Virus record (IMG/VR): IMGVR_UViG_3300010354_000050
Coordinates: 55,412-119,411 of that record
Reading direction: 5' to 3' (one strand)
Source of the DNA: a virus
Length of the DNA stretch: 64,000 nucleotides
The notes beneath the pieces were generated by a model. The model was not told the DNA's origin, did not search any database, and worked only from the letters and a program-made list of their open reading frames with translations. Made by a program: the position numbers and the translations under genes. This document shows, piece by piece, positions 46,830-57,428 of the stretch (within the stretch, counting starts at the first letter, position 1; every line of letters begins with the position of its first letter).

Positions 46830-49787
46830 ATGCCAAGATATGCACCTTTATCTAGAATACAACTAGACCCTAGAAGTGAATCAGAATTAGTATCTGCTGC
46901 TGCCCAAAGAGTATTTGAAGCATCGGGAGCTACTATTAATGATTTTTCTGCTGGATCTCCTATCATGGCTTTGCTGGAAGGCCAAGCATTTGCACAGGCA
47001 GAATTTTTGCAATTTGCTAATGAGTTTCCTGAAGCTGTTTTATTAGATTGGGTTGGGCCTTTTCTTGGTGCCCAAAGGAGGACTGGCTCAGGATCTATTG
47101 CAGGTATAACGTTTGAAATTAACCCAAGGGATCAAGATTTTGTTATTTTTGAAGGTTTTGAAGTAACAACTAACCCTTCATTAACTTTCGGGGAAACTAT
47201 TAATTTTGTAACAACTCGAACCCTAGTCATACCTGCTGGACAAAGCGAAGGAACTGTAGAAGCAGTTTCAGTTTTTGTAGGCATCAATACTAACGTAGCA
47301 GCAAATTCTATAGTTAGGAATGTTACCAGTTTAGCAGGTATTAAAAGAATCTATAATAAAGAACCCGCTGTTGGAGGTTCTGATGTAGAGCTTCTTTCTG
47401 AGGTAAAAGAAAGGTTCTTTTCTTTAATACGTAGGAGGAACCCTGTCTCCAGGGAAGACTGGGTAGACTTCTTCACTGATGCTATGGGAGTGGGAGCAGT
47501 AGTAAATGTTTTGCCTAATCGGTCTGAAAGGGAGTTTTACCAATACAACCAGAAAAATCCCTATGTATCGTTCTTCTTACTAAACCCCAATGGAACTACC
47601 TTAACTGAAGTCCAGACAAAGGCTCTAGAAAATCTGGTAAAATGGTCTTTGCCTGTCCAATTTCAAGGAAAAATATACCCTGTTGAACTCAGTGATCTAG
47701 ATGTTCTGCTAGAAGTTGCCTATAATCCTGATAACAATTTTTCAATTGATTTGCAATCTGTTTCTAAAACAATTAGAAATAATTTAGCTGCAATCCTGTC
47801 ACCTAATGCAGTTTTTCCACCGGACTATCAACTAACGGCTAATGAGGTTTCTTCTAAACTTGACTTGACTTTCCCGCAAGTATTTGGAACAGTATTTGAC
47901 CCAACTATTTTGAACTTTACAGGTTACTTCACTCCTAATAAACTATCTAGTTCTAATATTTTTGCAAAGGTTGTCCCCTATCAAACTGGGAAAGTTGCCA
48001 AAGTCAATGATCTAGTCAAAATAGATTCTGTTGTTGAATCTAGTTTATACCCTGTTGTCAATGAATTTAGCCCACAACTAGGAGATGAGTTCTACCATGC
48101 TAACTTGGGAGATCTTAACTTACAAATCATCAAACCTTTAGTTCCAGGTCAGTATAAAACTGGAGAAGTCATTTCAGATAAAGGAGTTATCTATGTGGTG
48201 TTATCTTCTTTTCTATATACAGGTACTAGAACTATTCTAGACCTTATCAACCAAGGGTTCCTTAGTGTTGAAAAATCTTTTTCTCCTTTTCAAGTAGGGT
48301 CTAACTACCGGGCTATTACAGATAGTGGCAAGTATGATCCCCAGATAATTGAATTTACAGCAAATTCTAATAAAGTTTATGAACCCCAGCTTCCACAAGA
48401 TGTTGCCCTAACTTCAAGAGTAGGGTATCCAATTTGGGTAGTTGCCAAGAATTTTACTCGGCTTGAAAACTTGACTGACTTAGGATCAACTCAGGCTTCA
48501 GGTTTTGTTAGCAAAGATGAAGTTTTTATCAAACCTTTGCAAGTTTTAATTACTTACAGGAAAGGAGAATATGTAGAAACTCCCAATCCTAGCAAACAAC
48601 TATCAGCTTTCCCTGACCCTGAATCTTGTTATTTAGATCAAAATCTTGGAGCTTTCGTCCTTACCTTTATCGTAAATAATGATTTTACATTTAGATTAGA
48701 AGAAGGAAAATCTTTCAAGGAAGTAATAGATTCTTTGGTTTCATTGGGAGTTATTTCAGAAATTCAAACTATACCTTTCATAGGTTGTGACGGTAAAGGG
48801 TATTTTGCTTCTCAACCTTTCAAATACAATACTAGATTTACTATTGGAGAGTATGTTAGATTTAGACCTAGAGGGGGTTTTAATTCTTCTGAATTAGAAA
48901 ACTGCTTAAGGCAAGTTGATGTTTGCCCTTCCTTACAAGGTTCCTGTAAAAAGCTTTTAGAAGCTGAATTGCCCTTACCTTCTTACTTCCTAGTTGCCAA
49001 AGACTTTACTCCCAATTCTTCAAACATTCAAGACCCTATCAGCAGCGGTTATTTAGTTCCTGTAGATAGGTCTATTTTCTTCCCTAGCTATACTGTACTT
49101 TGTCCAGAATCTAAAGAAATAGTAGATGAAAGTTGCATTTCTTCTTTCCTATTTGATCAACAGATCATAACCTCTATTGGTCAGTTAATTGTTGGCCAAG
49201 TTACAGAAGTAGTAGATTCACTAGGAAACCCCTTAAATTACTATACTTGGACTGGAACCAGTTGGGTTACTAATCCGAATCCCTTCCCTACTTATCGTGA
49301 ATTGTTCAGATTTGCTCCTGGTGATGTGGCTTCTTTCAAGCAAAGAAATTCTATTTTTAACTATGAATCAACTTCCCATGTAACTCCCTTTACAGAAATA
49401 GATGTTTACTACAAAGCAGGTATATTTACACCTACTAGCAAAACAGAAACAGTAAAGTTTTTTGATCCTTTATACAGATTAGAAACAATTTCTACTAATA
49501 ACAATAAGTTCTACAGAACCATTACTCCTTTTACTTCTGAAGAAGATATAAGTATTGAAGAAGTAGAACTTTCTGGAAAAGTTCAGAAAATAGTCTGTAA
49601 GGGTGAAGGGTCAGAAAAGCTTTTTCCAAGACTTGATCCTCAAGCTTCCATGTTGACCTTAGGAAACATCCAAGTTAAAATGAGATCAAAAGGTTCTACA
49701 GAAACCTTCCAGAGTTTTACTTGGGGTAAATCTAATAATTCTGTAGCAAGCCCTGAATCCTATGGTAATGGGACTTTGGGTTTATAG
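46830..49787 (+). CDS. baseplate J/gp6-like wedge protein with long C-terminal extension
   Basis: NDFS-x-GSP, GG-x-D-x-E, V-x-x-x-D motifs in N-terminal 350 aa. Confidence 0.82.
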   Translation: MPRYAPLSRIQLDPRSESELVSAAAQRVFEASGATINDFSAGSPIMALLEGQAFAQAEFLQFANEFPEAVLLDWVGPFLGAQRRTGSGSIAGITFEINPRDQDFVIFEGFEVTTNPSLTFGETINFVTTRTLVIPAGQSEGTVEAVSVFVGINTNVAANSIVRNVTSLAGIKRIYNKEPAVGGSDVELLSEVKERFFSLIRRRNPVSREDWVDFFTDAMGVGAVVNVLPNRSEREFYQYNQKNPYVSFFLLNPNGTTLTEVQTKALENLVKWSLPVQFQGKIYPVELSDLDVLLEVAYNPDNNFSIDLQSVSKTIRNNLAAILSPNAVFPPDYQLTANEVSSKLDLTFPQVFGTVFDPTILNFTGYFTPNKLSSSNIFAKVVPYQTGKVAKVNDLVKIDSVVESSLYPVVNEFSPQLGDEFYHANLGDLNLQIIKPLVPGQYKTGEVISDKGVIYVVLSSFLYTGTRTILDLINQGFLSVEKSFSPFQVGSNYRAITDSGKYDPQIIEFTANSNKVYEPQLPQDVALTSRVGYPIWVVAKNFTRLENLTDLGSTQASGFVSKDEVFIKPLQVLITYRKGEYVETPNPSKQLSAFPDPESCYLDQNLGAFVLTFIVNNDFTFRLEEGKSFKEVIDSLVSLGVISEIQTIPFIGCDGKGYFASQPFKYNTRFTIGEYVRFRPRGGFNSSELENCLRQVDVCPSLQGSCKKLLEAELPLPSYFLVAKDFTPNSSNIQDPISSGYLVPVDRSIFFPSYTVLCPESKEIVDESCISSFLFDQQIITSIGQLIVGQVTEVVDSLGNPLNYYTWTGTSWVTNPNPFPTYRELFRFAPGDVASFKQRNSIFNYESTSHVTPFTEIDVYYKAGIFTPTSKTETVKFFDPLYRLETISTNNNKFYRTITPFTSEEDISIEEVELSGKVQKIVCKGEGSEKLFPRLDPQASMLTLGNIQVKMRSKGSTETFQSFTWGKSNNSVASPESYGNGTLGL

Positions 49788-49833
49788 TTGATCTTTTAGT
49801 TTTTGTTAATTGTAGTTGTAAATCCTGAAGAAT

Positions 49834-51222
49834 ATGGTCGATTCATTTGTAAAAATAAAATTATATGACCAGAAAGCTTTAAGGGTCAAAGGGCTAATCC
49901 CTACAAAAACTTCTTGGAGTAGGGAAGAAGGTAGACCTATCTATGACCGTTTACCTTCTGGTTCAGAAACTTATCAAATTCAGTCACCTGAAGATGTACT
50001 GGTATACTTAGAAGGTAATCCTCAAAGTCTTTCTGTAGGAGCTTGGCAAGAATCACCTTCTGTTCTAGTTATTCAGTCAGGAAAATTAACCTGGGAACAT
50101 GGTCAAGTTCCTGTTGAATCCTATGCTATAAATGTTAGGGCATTAGGTTTGCAAGATGGGGACTACCAAGTTGGTTATTATTTAGACTATGTTCAAGAAG
50201 AGTTTTTACCTGAACAATTAATAGAAGGAGATAATATTTCCTTATCTAGATCCTTGTGCTTGTTTGAATCTTCTAAGTCAGGGATAAACCAACTCTTTCA
50301 AAACTTTGCAGAAGGAATAAGGTGGGAAACATCGCCCAATAAGGAAGAATGGTTTGCAATAGATTTTTCTAGACCAGTACTTCCTAGGATCTTTAACTTT
50401 TTTGCAAACATAGATCCTACTAAACCAAGTTACTATTCCTTGTATGGCTCTAATGATGCTATAGTGTGGGAACTTGAAACTACAGGTACTATTGTTCAAG
50501 GGCAAACTGCTATAGGTATAAATAGGGATTTGCCTAAACGATATTGGAAATTTTATTTTTCAGGTGGGGTTTCCAGCTTCTTTTCTATAAGTTATTCTGG
50601 TGAAGCTGTTTACCCTAATACTAGACCCTCTGGTAAAATATCTAGGGTTACTCCCTTCATTGATAATAAGTTTGCTGAACTAGAACAAATTGGTATTGTT
50701 CTAGCTTACATTACTGTAAAAAATGGAGAAATAGTTCAAACTGTTGATGCCAGGAGAACTACTGAAAACTCTTATGAACCTGTAGCAAAGTGGTTAACTA
50801 CTTTTCAGGATGAAAGGTTAAAATCATTATTTGATGATGTTTCTAATTATTCAAAGAGGTTCCTTTCTCCAACTGAAGGGTTGTATTCTGTATACAATGA
50901 ATTAACACAAGATCCCAACTTCTCCATAGGTGATTATAAGGATAAACCCAAATTCCAATTCCCTTCCCGTATAGATTTAGATCAACCTAAGACAATTGTA
51001 ACCAATGCTGAACTAATTAGTTCTGAATTTAGGGACATAATTGTTGAAAGGGAAGAACTACAATTAGAAGGAGAGAACATTCCTCTAACCGTTACCAATG
51101 CTCTTATCAATCCTTTTAGAATTATTAATTTAGACTATCCCATAGAGCAAGCTGATGTTGCCAACAAAATTTATCTGGAAAAAGAATTTAACATCCCTGT
51201 AGACAATGGAACATACAACTAA
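49834..51222 (+). CDS. putative baseplate/tail protein with discoidin-like segment
   Basis: EWFAIDF...LYGSND..WE...RYWKF; ends DNGTYN. Confidence 0.6.
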   Translation: MVDSFVKIKLYDQKALRVKGLIPTKTSWSREEGRPIYDRLPSGSETYQIQSPEDVLVYLEGNPQSLSVGAWQESPSVLVIQSGKLTWEHGQVPVESYAINVRALGLQDGDYQVGYYLDYVQEEFLPEQLIEGDNISLSRSLCLFESSKSGINQLFQNFAEGIRWETSPNKEEWFAIDFSRPVLPRIFNFFANIDPTKPSYYSLYGSNDAIVWELETTGTIVQGQTAIGINRDLPKRYWKFYFSGGVSSFFSISYSGEAVYPNTRPSGKISRVTPFIDNKFAELEQIGIVLAYITVKNGEIVQTVDARRTTENSYEPVAKWLTTFQDERLKSLFDDVSNYSKRFLSPTEGLYSVYNELTQDPNFSIGDYKDKPKFQFPSRIDLDQPKTIVTNAELISSEFRDIIVEREELQLEGENIPLTVTNALINPFRIINLDYPIEQADVANKIYLEKEFNIPVDNGTYN

Positions 51223-51385
51223 TTTTGAAATAACTGGTATCCTAAATATGTCAGGTAATAGAATAGAAGGTTTAGCTCCTGTCCCCAATGAACCCAGTGA
51301 AGCCGTATCTAAGTCCTATGTAGATCAGTTAAAGAAAGAAATAGAGTCCCGTTTACCCACTTTACTTGATAATGGAAATTTTTGA
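51206..51385 (+). CDS. small tail-fibre-stalk-like protein (below ORF-track cutoff)
   Basis: MEHTT...LNMSGNRIEGL...AVSKSYVD...LDNGNF; overlaps both neighbours. Confidence 0.65.
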   Translation: MEHTTNFEITGILNMSGNRIEGLAPVPNEPSEAVSKSYVDQLKKEIESRLPTLLDNGNF

Positions 51386-54300
51386 TCCCAAACAGTATGA
51401 ATTAAGAGGTGCTTTGCCAGAAGTTTTTACATCTGGTCAAAAAGAACTGCTTAACAGAACCGTAAGCAGGGTTCAAGGTCAATTAGATTGGAATGCCCAA
51501 TTATTAGGATTTAATGGCCCTAATTACTGGGGAACTAGGCTTGCTACTACAGATAGGTCATATCAATGGAAAGGTTTTCCTGAAACTGCTTTTGAAAAAA
51601 GATCTTTGCAAGTTGGGGCATTTGGAGTTTATAACAAAAATTTAGAATATTCTCAAAGACCTTTTCCCTTCAACCGTTCTGAAATTAATACATCTGGGGA
51701 TCAGACTTTTTCTGTTATAGAAGAAAATGGCAAAACAGTTGTTTTTCCTTTTGGAATGACAAAGGATTTTTCTTATGAAGAATCACCTTATGTTTATCAA
51801 AAAGCTGTTTATATTTTTGATCAATTAGTAGAAGTTAAGGAAGAATCGGGTAATCAGGTTTATGTTATTCAAGATAAGAGTCAAGGAATTACCCAAGTCG
51901 AACTCTTTTCTGAAGATATACAAACTCTTTCTATAAGATTAGAAAATTCAATAGCTAAACCTTTTATTTTCTTTGTACTCCCTTGGCAAGATATTTCTGA
52001 TTGGCAAGATCCCCTATTAAATTCCTTGTTTATTGGTTTATGGGGGAACAAAGGTAATGAACTTCCTCTACATTTTTCTTTTGATGCCTTAAACCTCCAT
52101 GGGTTCAATGAAGAAAATTCCCTACTGTTGAATAAAGTAAGGGAAAGTTTTACCCTGGAGAAACTCCTTGAAAAGGTTGGACTTACTCCAACCATATCTA
52201 CTTATTTAACTGGAAATAGCTTTAGATTTTGGGCTGAAGGTTGCCTAGATTTCTTTCAACCTGATACTTCCTTAAACTCAAAAATTTCAACTTTTCAAAC
52301 CCAAGACTTTTTTGATTTACAGACAGAATCAGGACTATCTATTGGCCTAGATGATGGAGATTGTTTCAGCCAGGAATTTTACGTTTTTGAAACAGATGGT
52401 ATAGAGGAAAATCAGGGGAAATATGATAATGGCGATTTTGACTTTACAGAGGAAATTCTTGGATTTTTGGATAATGGTTTGTATCCTTTTCAAATTCCCC
52501 CTACGGATACTGTTTCAGATGGTGGTTTCTCCTTTAATCAGCCTTTCCAAATAACAACTGAAGATGATAAACTTCTGGCGCAAAATCAATTTGAATTAGA
52601 CACTAAACCTTGTTACTTTCTACCAGAGTCTAAATTTGGAGAGTGTATAACTCCTAATTATAAAATTGAATTTTTTCAAAACTATGACACATCTGATTTA
52701 TCTTTAGCTCCTGATCCTGGCCCTGAAATTTCTTTCCCACTTGGGTGTAATGGAGTTTCTGGCTTAGCTCCTATTGGATGTGGAATTGACAATAATATTT
52801 ATGAGGTAACAGGAGTTCCTGAATTCTCCCTAGATAACGGGGATATAGATAACATTAGCCTTCCCTTGTCTAATATTTATAATGGTTTTTATGACCAAGA
52901 TCCTAACTCCCTTTGCGAAAATAACCAATTTGATCCAGAAAGAAATATTGAAGGCGATGAACTTGTTATTGATGTTGGTGGAGAAGCAGGGCCAATTTTA
53001 TATACAGACCTGGGTTCAGATCAAATCTATACTTTGTCAGGATTTGATTTAGACTTAGGAGAATTTGAAATAGGTTTTGATGGCCCAAGGTTTAGTAACT
53101 TTGAAATTACCTATGAAGCTCTGACAACATTAGGAAAGGTTGAATTTCCCATAGTAGAATGGGAATTTGATCTAAACCTTAACAATGGCACATACTTCCC
53201 TAATACTGGAGATTACCCCATTACTAATGCTGATGATGGGTTCTATAATAATACAGGCAATGTTAATGAAGGTTATGTTTGGGATGAAGGTGAATACGAT
53301 CCCCAATCTGAAATCTTAATTGTAGACCAAGGTATCTTAAACCAAGACTCAGTAAATTGTGGAGTAGATAATGGTTACTTAATCTATGGGGAAGTTCCCT
53401 ACTCAAGTCCAAATATTGTAGATGGCAATGGGTCTATTAAACTAGACGATAGTTGCATTGTTTATGACAATGGTACAGAATTTGAAGCTGACTTAACCCC
53501 CGTCTGTGAACTAGATAATGGCATAGAATTTGAAAGTTTGCCAAATGAAATTGCAGATGAAGGGACTTACAATAAAGGACTAGAAATTTGTACTCCCTGT
53601 GGTAATGATCAAGTTGAACAGGTTAATGAATCTTCCAACCTTAGACTAAACTTATTCAAAGATCTCTATTCTGCTTTGTCTTGGAAAATGGCTCCTTCTG
53701 TTGCCAATTCTTCTTCACCATTAAGGATCTGGAAAAACAGACCTTTGGTTACAGACTTTAACCTGGCAGCAGATCAGAACAATGGTAGTGAACCTATAGA
53801 CAACTATTTGTATTATATTCGATTACCTATTGAATACCCTAGAAATCAAAAGCTTTGGAATAGGGCAGAAAAAACCTGTCATAATTTTGGCTACTTCGGC
53901 CAATCCTTGACCAATACTACTGTTGAAAATGTACTTGAAACTAGAAGACCTGAAATCTACAGTAGTAGTAAAGATTTTTATGCAGATGGAGAAATTATTT
54001 ATTATGAACCTTTTCTGGAATCTTCTGCTGATCAAGAGTTTTCAAAAAGTCAAGAGGGATTTACTGACTCACAGATAAACCTAGATCAAGAATATGTAAA
54101 CTTTTCTACCGGAAAAATTACAGAATACGACCCTTTTGACTTTAGGGTTCCAACTACAAATGGTAATTGGAAAGGGAGTTATTACTACGGCAGTGGTAGA
54201 AAAAGTTCGGGACACTTAGAGCAAGATTTATTAGATACTATTTTATTTCCAGCAGATCGAAGTCAAATTCCAATTTGGGATTCAAGCCCATTACTCTACC

Positions 54301-54575
54301 CTGAAATTTCCCCACCTGAATTAGAAGTTGGTAAGATAATAAAAGGTCATTCAGTATCCTATGCTTACTTTGTAGCTGATTTTTCCGCTTCTGATGAGCC
54401 TGTATTTGACCCTGCTGTACCATTCTGTCACAGAGGAAAGACTATCAAAGGTAAGATTTCAGTAAGCAACAATTTCAGCATAGAGACTGAAAATGGTATC
54501 TTAATTTCTTCTGAAGAAGTTGAAATTAAGGATTTAGAAAGAGAAAGCAGAACAGCTTACTTACTTCATAATTAA
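51372..54575 (+). CDS. large acidic virion protein with many D-x-G-x-(F/Y) repeats
   Basis: about 1067 aa in structural operon; repeats such as DNGDF, DNGLY, NNGTY, DDGFY, DEGEY, DEGTY. Confidence 0.65.
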   Translation: MEIFDPKQYELRGALPEVFTSGQKELLNRTVSRVQGQLDWNAQLLGFNGPNYWGTRLATTDRSYQWKGFPETAFEKRSLQVGAFGVYNKNLEYSQRPFPFNRSEINTSGDQTFSVIEENGKTVVFPFGMTKDFSYEESPYVYQKAVYIFDQLVEVKEESGNQVYVIQDKSQGITQVELFSEDIQTLSIRLENSIAKPFIFFVLPWQDISDWQDPLLNSLFIGLWGNKGNELPLHFSFDALNLHGFNEENSLLLNKVRESFTLEKLLEKVGLTPTISTYLTGNSFRFWAEGCLDFFQPDTSLNSKISTFQTQDFFDLQTESGLSIGLDDGDCFSQEFYVFETDGIEENQGKYDNGDFDFTEEILGFLDNGLYPFQIPPTDTVSDGGFSFNQPFQITTEDDKLLAQNQFELDTKPCYFLPESKFGECITPNYKIEFFQNYDTSDLSLAPDPGPEISFPLGCNGVSGLAPIGCGIDNNIYEVTGVPEFSLDNGDIDNISLPLSNIYNGFYDQDPNSLCENNQFDPERNIEGDELVIDVGGEAGPILYTDLGSDQIYTLSGFDLDLGEFEIGFDGPRFSNFEITYEALTTLGKVEFPIVEWEFDLNLNNGTYFPNTGDYPITNADDGFYNNTGNVNEGYVWDEGEYDPQSEILIVDQGILNQDSVNCGVDNGYLIYGEVPYSSPNIVDGNGSIKLDDSCIVYDNGTEFEADLTPVCELDNGIEFESLPNEIADEGTYNKGLEICTPCGNDQVEQVNESSNLRLNLFKDLYSALSWKMAPSVANSSSPLRIWKNRPLVTDFNLAADQNNGSEPIDNYLYYIRLPIEYPRNQKLWNRAEKTCHNFGYFGQSLTNTTVENVLETRRPEIYSSSKDFYADGEIIYYEPFLESSADQEFSKSQEGFTDSQINLDQEYVNFSTGKITEYDPFDFRVPTTNGNWKGSYYYGSGRKSSGHLEQDLLDTILFPADRSQIPIWDSSPLLYPEISPPELEVGKIIKGHSVSYAYFVADFSASDEPVFDPAVPFCHRGKTIKGKISVSNNFSIETENGILISSEEVEIKDLERESRTAYLLHN

Positions 54576-54590
54576 CAAGGAAGATTTACC

Positions 54591-54767
54591 ATGTCTGAAG
54601 AATTAAAAGAAAAAGAATTGCCAATTGAAGGAGAAGTTTTTCAGGAAGGAGAAGTAAAAAAACCCAAATCTAGAAGAAAAACCCAAAGAAACAATTACCC
54701 AAAAACCCAAGAACCCAAATACAAATTCTTTGACTTAGTAAGACCCATTAAGAAACTATATAAATGA
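54591..54767 (+). CDS. small hypothetical protein (below ORF-track cutoff)
   Basis: AAGGAAG RBS; MSEELKE...KKLYK; ATGA overlap with spike gene. Confidence 0.6.
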   Translation: MSEELKEKELPIEGEVFQEGEVKKPKSRRKTQRNNYPKTQEPKYKFFDLVRPIKKLYK

Positions 54768-55405
54768 GAAATGATCTTGACAGGCTTGGAAATTTGCTTT
54801 ACTATACTATCAGAAGTTCCCAGAAATCTGAAGTTTTAAGCAACCAAGCTTTACCGACCTATGGTACTGTAGTTGATGTCAATGATCCCCAAAGGAGAGG
54901 GAGGGTTAGGGTTATTTTAGATGAAGTAAACCCACAGATTTTAGAAGAGTGGGGTTTTGAACAGAAAGATGCTATTCCTTCTGAATCTGATTGGATTGAA
55001 CCTTTAGTCCCCTTTTCAGGATTGCAACCCCAAGCCCTTCAGAGTAACTCCTTAAGAGTTCCCATTATTCCTAGAAATGGAGATCCTAACCGATTAGCTT
55101 TTGGAGATCCTGTCTTTGATGCGGATCAAACTCGATATGCAGTTCCTCCTGCTAATTCGTCTATGACACGTTTACCTGTTTATCCTTCTGGCCAACTACC
55201 AGAAGCCTCAGGAGAAAACGTAGGGTGCATGGTAGTAGAACAGGGGGGGCCACAAGGCTATGATTGGCTTTGTGTTTGCTTGAACAGGGGTGGGTACAAG
55301 TGGGTTAGACACATCGATCTCAAGCACACCCATGGAGGCCAAGCTAGTGATAGCAGGGGAGATACAGAAGGGGTTGTAAATGATGATGTTAGTGCCACAA
55401 CATGA
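54764..55405 (+). CDS. baseplate central spike (gpV/gp5 OB-fold)
   Basis: GTVVDVNDP-x-x-x-GRVRV, SDW; C-terminal H-x-H (KHTHG) metal-binding tip. Confidence 0.8.
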   Translation: MRNDLDRLGNLLYYTIRSSQKSEVLSNQALPTYGTVVDVNDPQRRGRVRVILDEVNPQILEEWGFEQKDAIPSESDWIEPLVPFSGLQPQALQSNSLRVPIIPRNGDPNRLAFGDPVFDADQTRYAVPPANSSMTRLPVYPSGQLPEASGENVGCMVVEQGGPQGYDWLCVCLNRGGYKWVRHIDLKHTHGGQASDSRGDTEGVVNDDVSATT

Positions 55406-56345
55406 TAAATTCTTTTGGGGAGTTTACCGGGATTCAGAAGAAATTGAAGATGATGATGAAAATGATAATCATTATCCATCTTGGTATGATGAACCTTTGG
55501 TAGAAATAAACCCTTATAGGGAAACTTGGGTAGTTTACCAGACTTTCACAACTATTGAAGTAGATGAAGCTCCTGTAGAAATTGCCCAAGAAATTTACCC
55601 CTACATCAATACTTGGCAATGTTTCCAAAGCATTACTATTGTTTATGAATTTGAACCCTTCCAAGATCCCTTACTTAAATTTGATGAAACTCTAATAGGG
55701 AGAACTTCATTAGGGATAATATTCAATAGTGGGTTAATTGGAGAAGTTTATCAAACAATATATGATTCTGGAGAGTTCAATTCTGAAGGATTAATAGGGT
55801 ATACTGTGAAAAAGATATTAGCTGAAATTACTGTTTATGATTCCCTCCATTCTCAACCTGGAAATATCTATACAATCCCAGAAGATCTAGGCGTAATTGA
55901 AACAGAAGCAGAATTAGAAAATCCAGAATACTTGTTACAAGATTCAGAAAACAACCAAGTAACTGATGAAAATAAAGTTTCATTTGTTCTAGATGGTGAA
56001 GAGGCCACATCTAACACTATTGTTGGAGATGGAGATCAAGACTCGGTTTCCTTAGTAGTTTCAGGAAACAGTAACCCTACCTATGACAAACCTCCAGGTC
56101 ACTTATTAGCTTCTCTGAGCTATGAAATTTTAGGGTCAATTGCTACTATTACAGCTTGGTCACATCCTAATTGGGAAGATGATGCGCCACTTAGGAAAGC
56201 TGTAGAAACTATGATAAATAGTTTGCCAAATTGTGTTTTTGAAGTACAAGTAGAAGATGACCCTACAGCTTTCTGGACTTCTTTTGGATTTAGATCTGCT
56301 GTTAAAGGAGATCCTTTCCTTAGACTTTATTTGAATCCTAATTGA
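55380..56345 (+). CDS. hypothetical acidic protein, possible degenerate C-terminal GNAT
   Basis: operonic; FWTSFGF C-terminal motif. Confidence 0.55.
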   Translation: MMMLVPQHDKFFWGVYRDSEEIEDDDENDNHYPSWYDEPLVEINPYRETWVVYQTFTTIEVDEAPVEIAQEIYPYINTWQCFQSITIVYEFEPFQDPLLKFDETLIGRTSLGIIFNSGLIGEVYQTIYDSGEFNSEGLIGYTVKKILAEITVYDSLHSQPGNIYTIPEDLGVIETEAELENPEYLLQDSENNQVTDENKVSFVLDGEEATSNTIVGDGDQDSVSLVVSGNSNPTYDKPPGHLLASLSYEILGSIATITAWSHPNWEDDAPLRKAVETMINSLPNCVFEVQVEDDPTAFWTSFGFRSAVKGDPFLRLYLNPN

Positions 56346-56360
56346 TAAGGTAGTGGTAAA

Positions 56361-57392
56361 ATGGCAGCACCTAAAATCCTAGAAGCTATCGTAAAAGAAT
56401 CTCCGTTCTTAGAACTTATCTTTGATCAACCTTTAGATACATCTATTTTCCCTCCTTTGACCTGCTTTTCTGTAAATTATGGGTTGTTTTTAGTTGCTGG
56501 TTGTAGGTACAAAGGTACTACTACTGTTGTACTAGAGTTAGGTAAGGAAATCAAGCCAGAAGACAATTTGTTTGTTAACTATGGCCCACCTGATAACATT
56601 GCCTTAGCTATCAGATCTCCAGTAAAAGAAGGTGCTTCTCAGGCTACAATCAGGAGAAATGTTGTCAGAGCTTTCTTCAAAGTTTCTGCGAAAAACTTTC
56701 TAAAACCTCCTGAAGAAGATTGGAAGAAAAATGCAAACTTAGGGAGTTATGCAGATGGAAGAGGTTATTCCAGAAGGGATAGGGGAAATAACCCTAGAAC
56801 TGCTTCTCCTGATGATTTCATATTAGCCTATGGTCTTAAGGAAGCTATCCAATTAACAAATATTGATGATGCTGATGCAAACCAACCCAATGTGGCAAGA
56901 TTGTGGATGGCTATTGAAGATGCTAATGCCTTAATTGATAGTTACATTAACCAGTCTACTAAGGCAGGGAAACTTTTAATAAGTTCTAATAGAAGAAGAA
57001 CTTCTCTAATTATTGCAAGGTATTATTTAGATACAGTTAGGAGAAGAGAAGATGTCCTAAAGGATTATGAAAGGGCTATTAAGGAATTAGATGCTTCAAC
57101 TACTCACAACCCTGCTATTAAACCTGATGCAGAATTAGCTATTAATTCTAAAGGAGGGATTTTAAGGTCATGGAGAGTTCCCCAACGCTATAATGGAGTT
57201 AGCGGTAAGGGTCTTAGTGGCTGGTGGACAGATTCAGCAGGGGATAGAACTAGGGATTGGCGCTATGACCAATATAATTCTGAAACCAATAATAATGAAG
57301 AAAACTGGGTAGGACATACCAATGGAGAGGGAATTTTTCCAGAGCAACCTACAGATAAAGGTGGCTCTACTTCTACTGATCCCCAAGTTTAA
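56361..57392 (+). CDS. head-tail adaptor (Mu gp36/DUF1320-like) with N-terminal SwmB-like domain
   Basis: YG-x-x-E-x-IQLT...AIEDA-x-A-x-IDSY...IARY-x-L...Y-x-x-AI-x-x-L; N-terminal L-x-FD-x-x-LD...V-x-Y-x-PP. Confidence 0.72.
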   Translation: MAAPKILEAIVKESPFLELIFDQPLDTSIFPPLTCFSVNYGLFLVAGCRYKGTTTVVLELGKEIKPEDNLFVNYGPPDNIALAIRSPVKEGASQATIRRNVVRAFFKVSAKNFLKPPEEDWKKNANLGSYADGRGYSRRDRGNNPRTASPDDFILAYGLKEAIQLTNIDDADANQPNVARLWMAIEDANALIDSYINQSTKAGKLLISSNRRRTSLIIARYYLDTVRRREDVLKDYERAIKELDASTTHNPAIKPDAELAINSKGGILRSWRVPQRYNGVSGKGLSGWWTDSAGDRTRDWRYDQYNSETNNNEENWVGHTNGEGIFPEQPTDKGGSTSTDPQV

Positions 57393-57428
57393 TTTTCCTG
57401 AAAAATAAAGTAATTGGCAGATTGTCAG

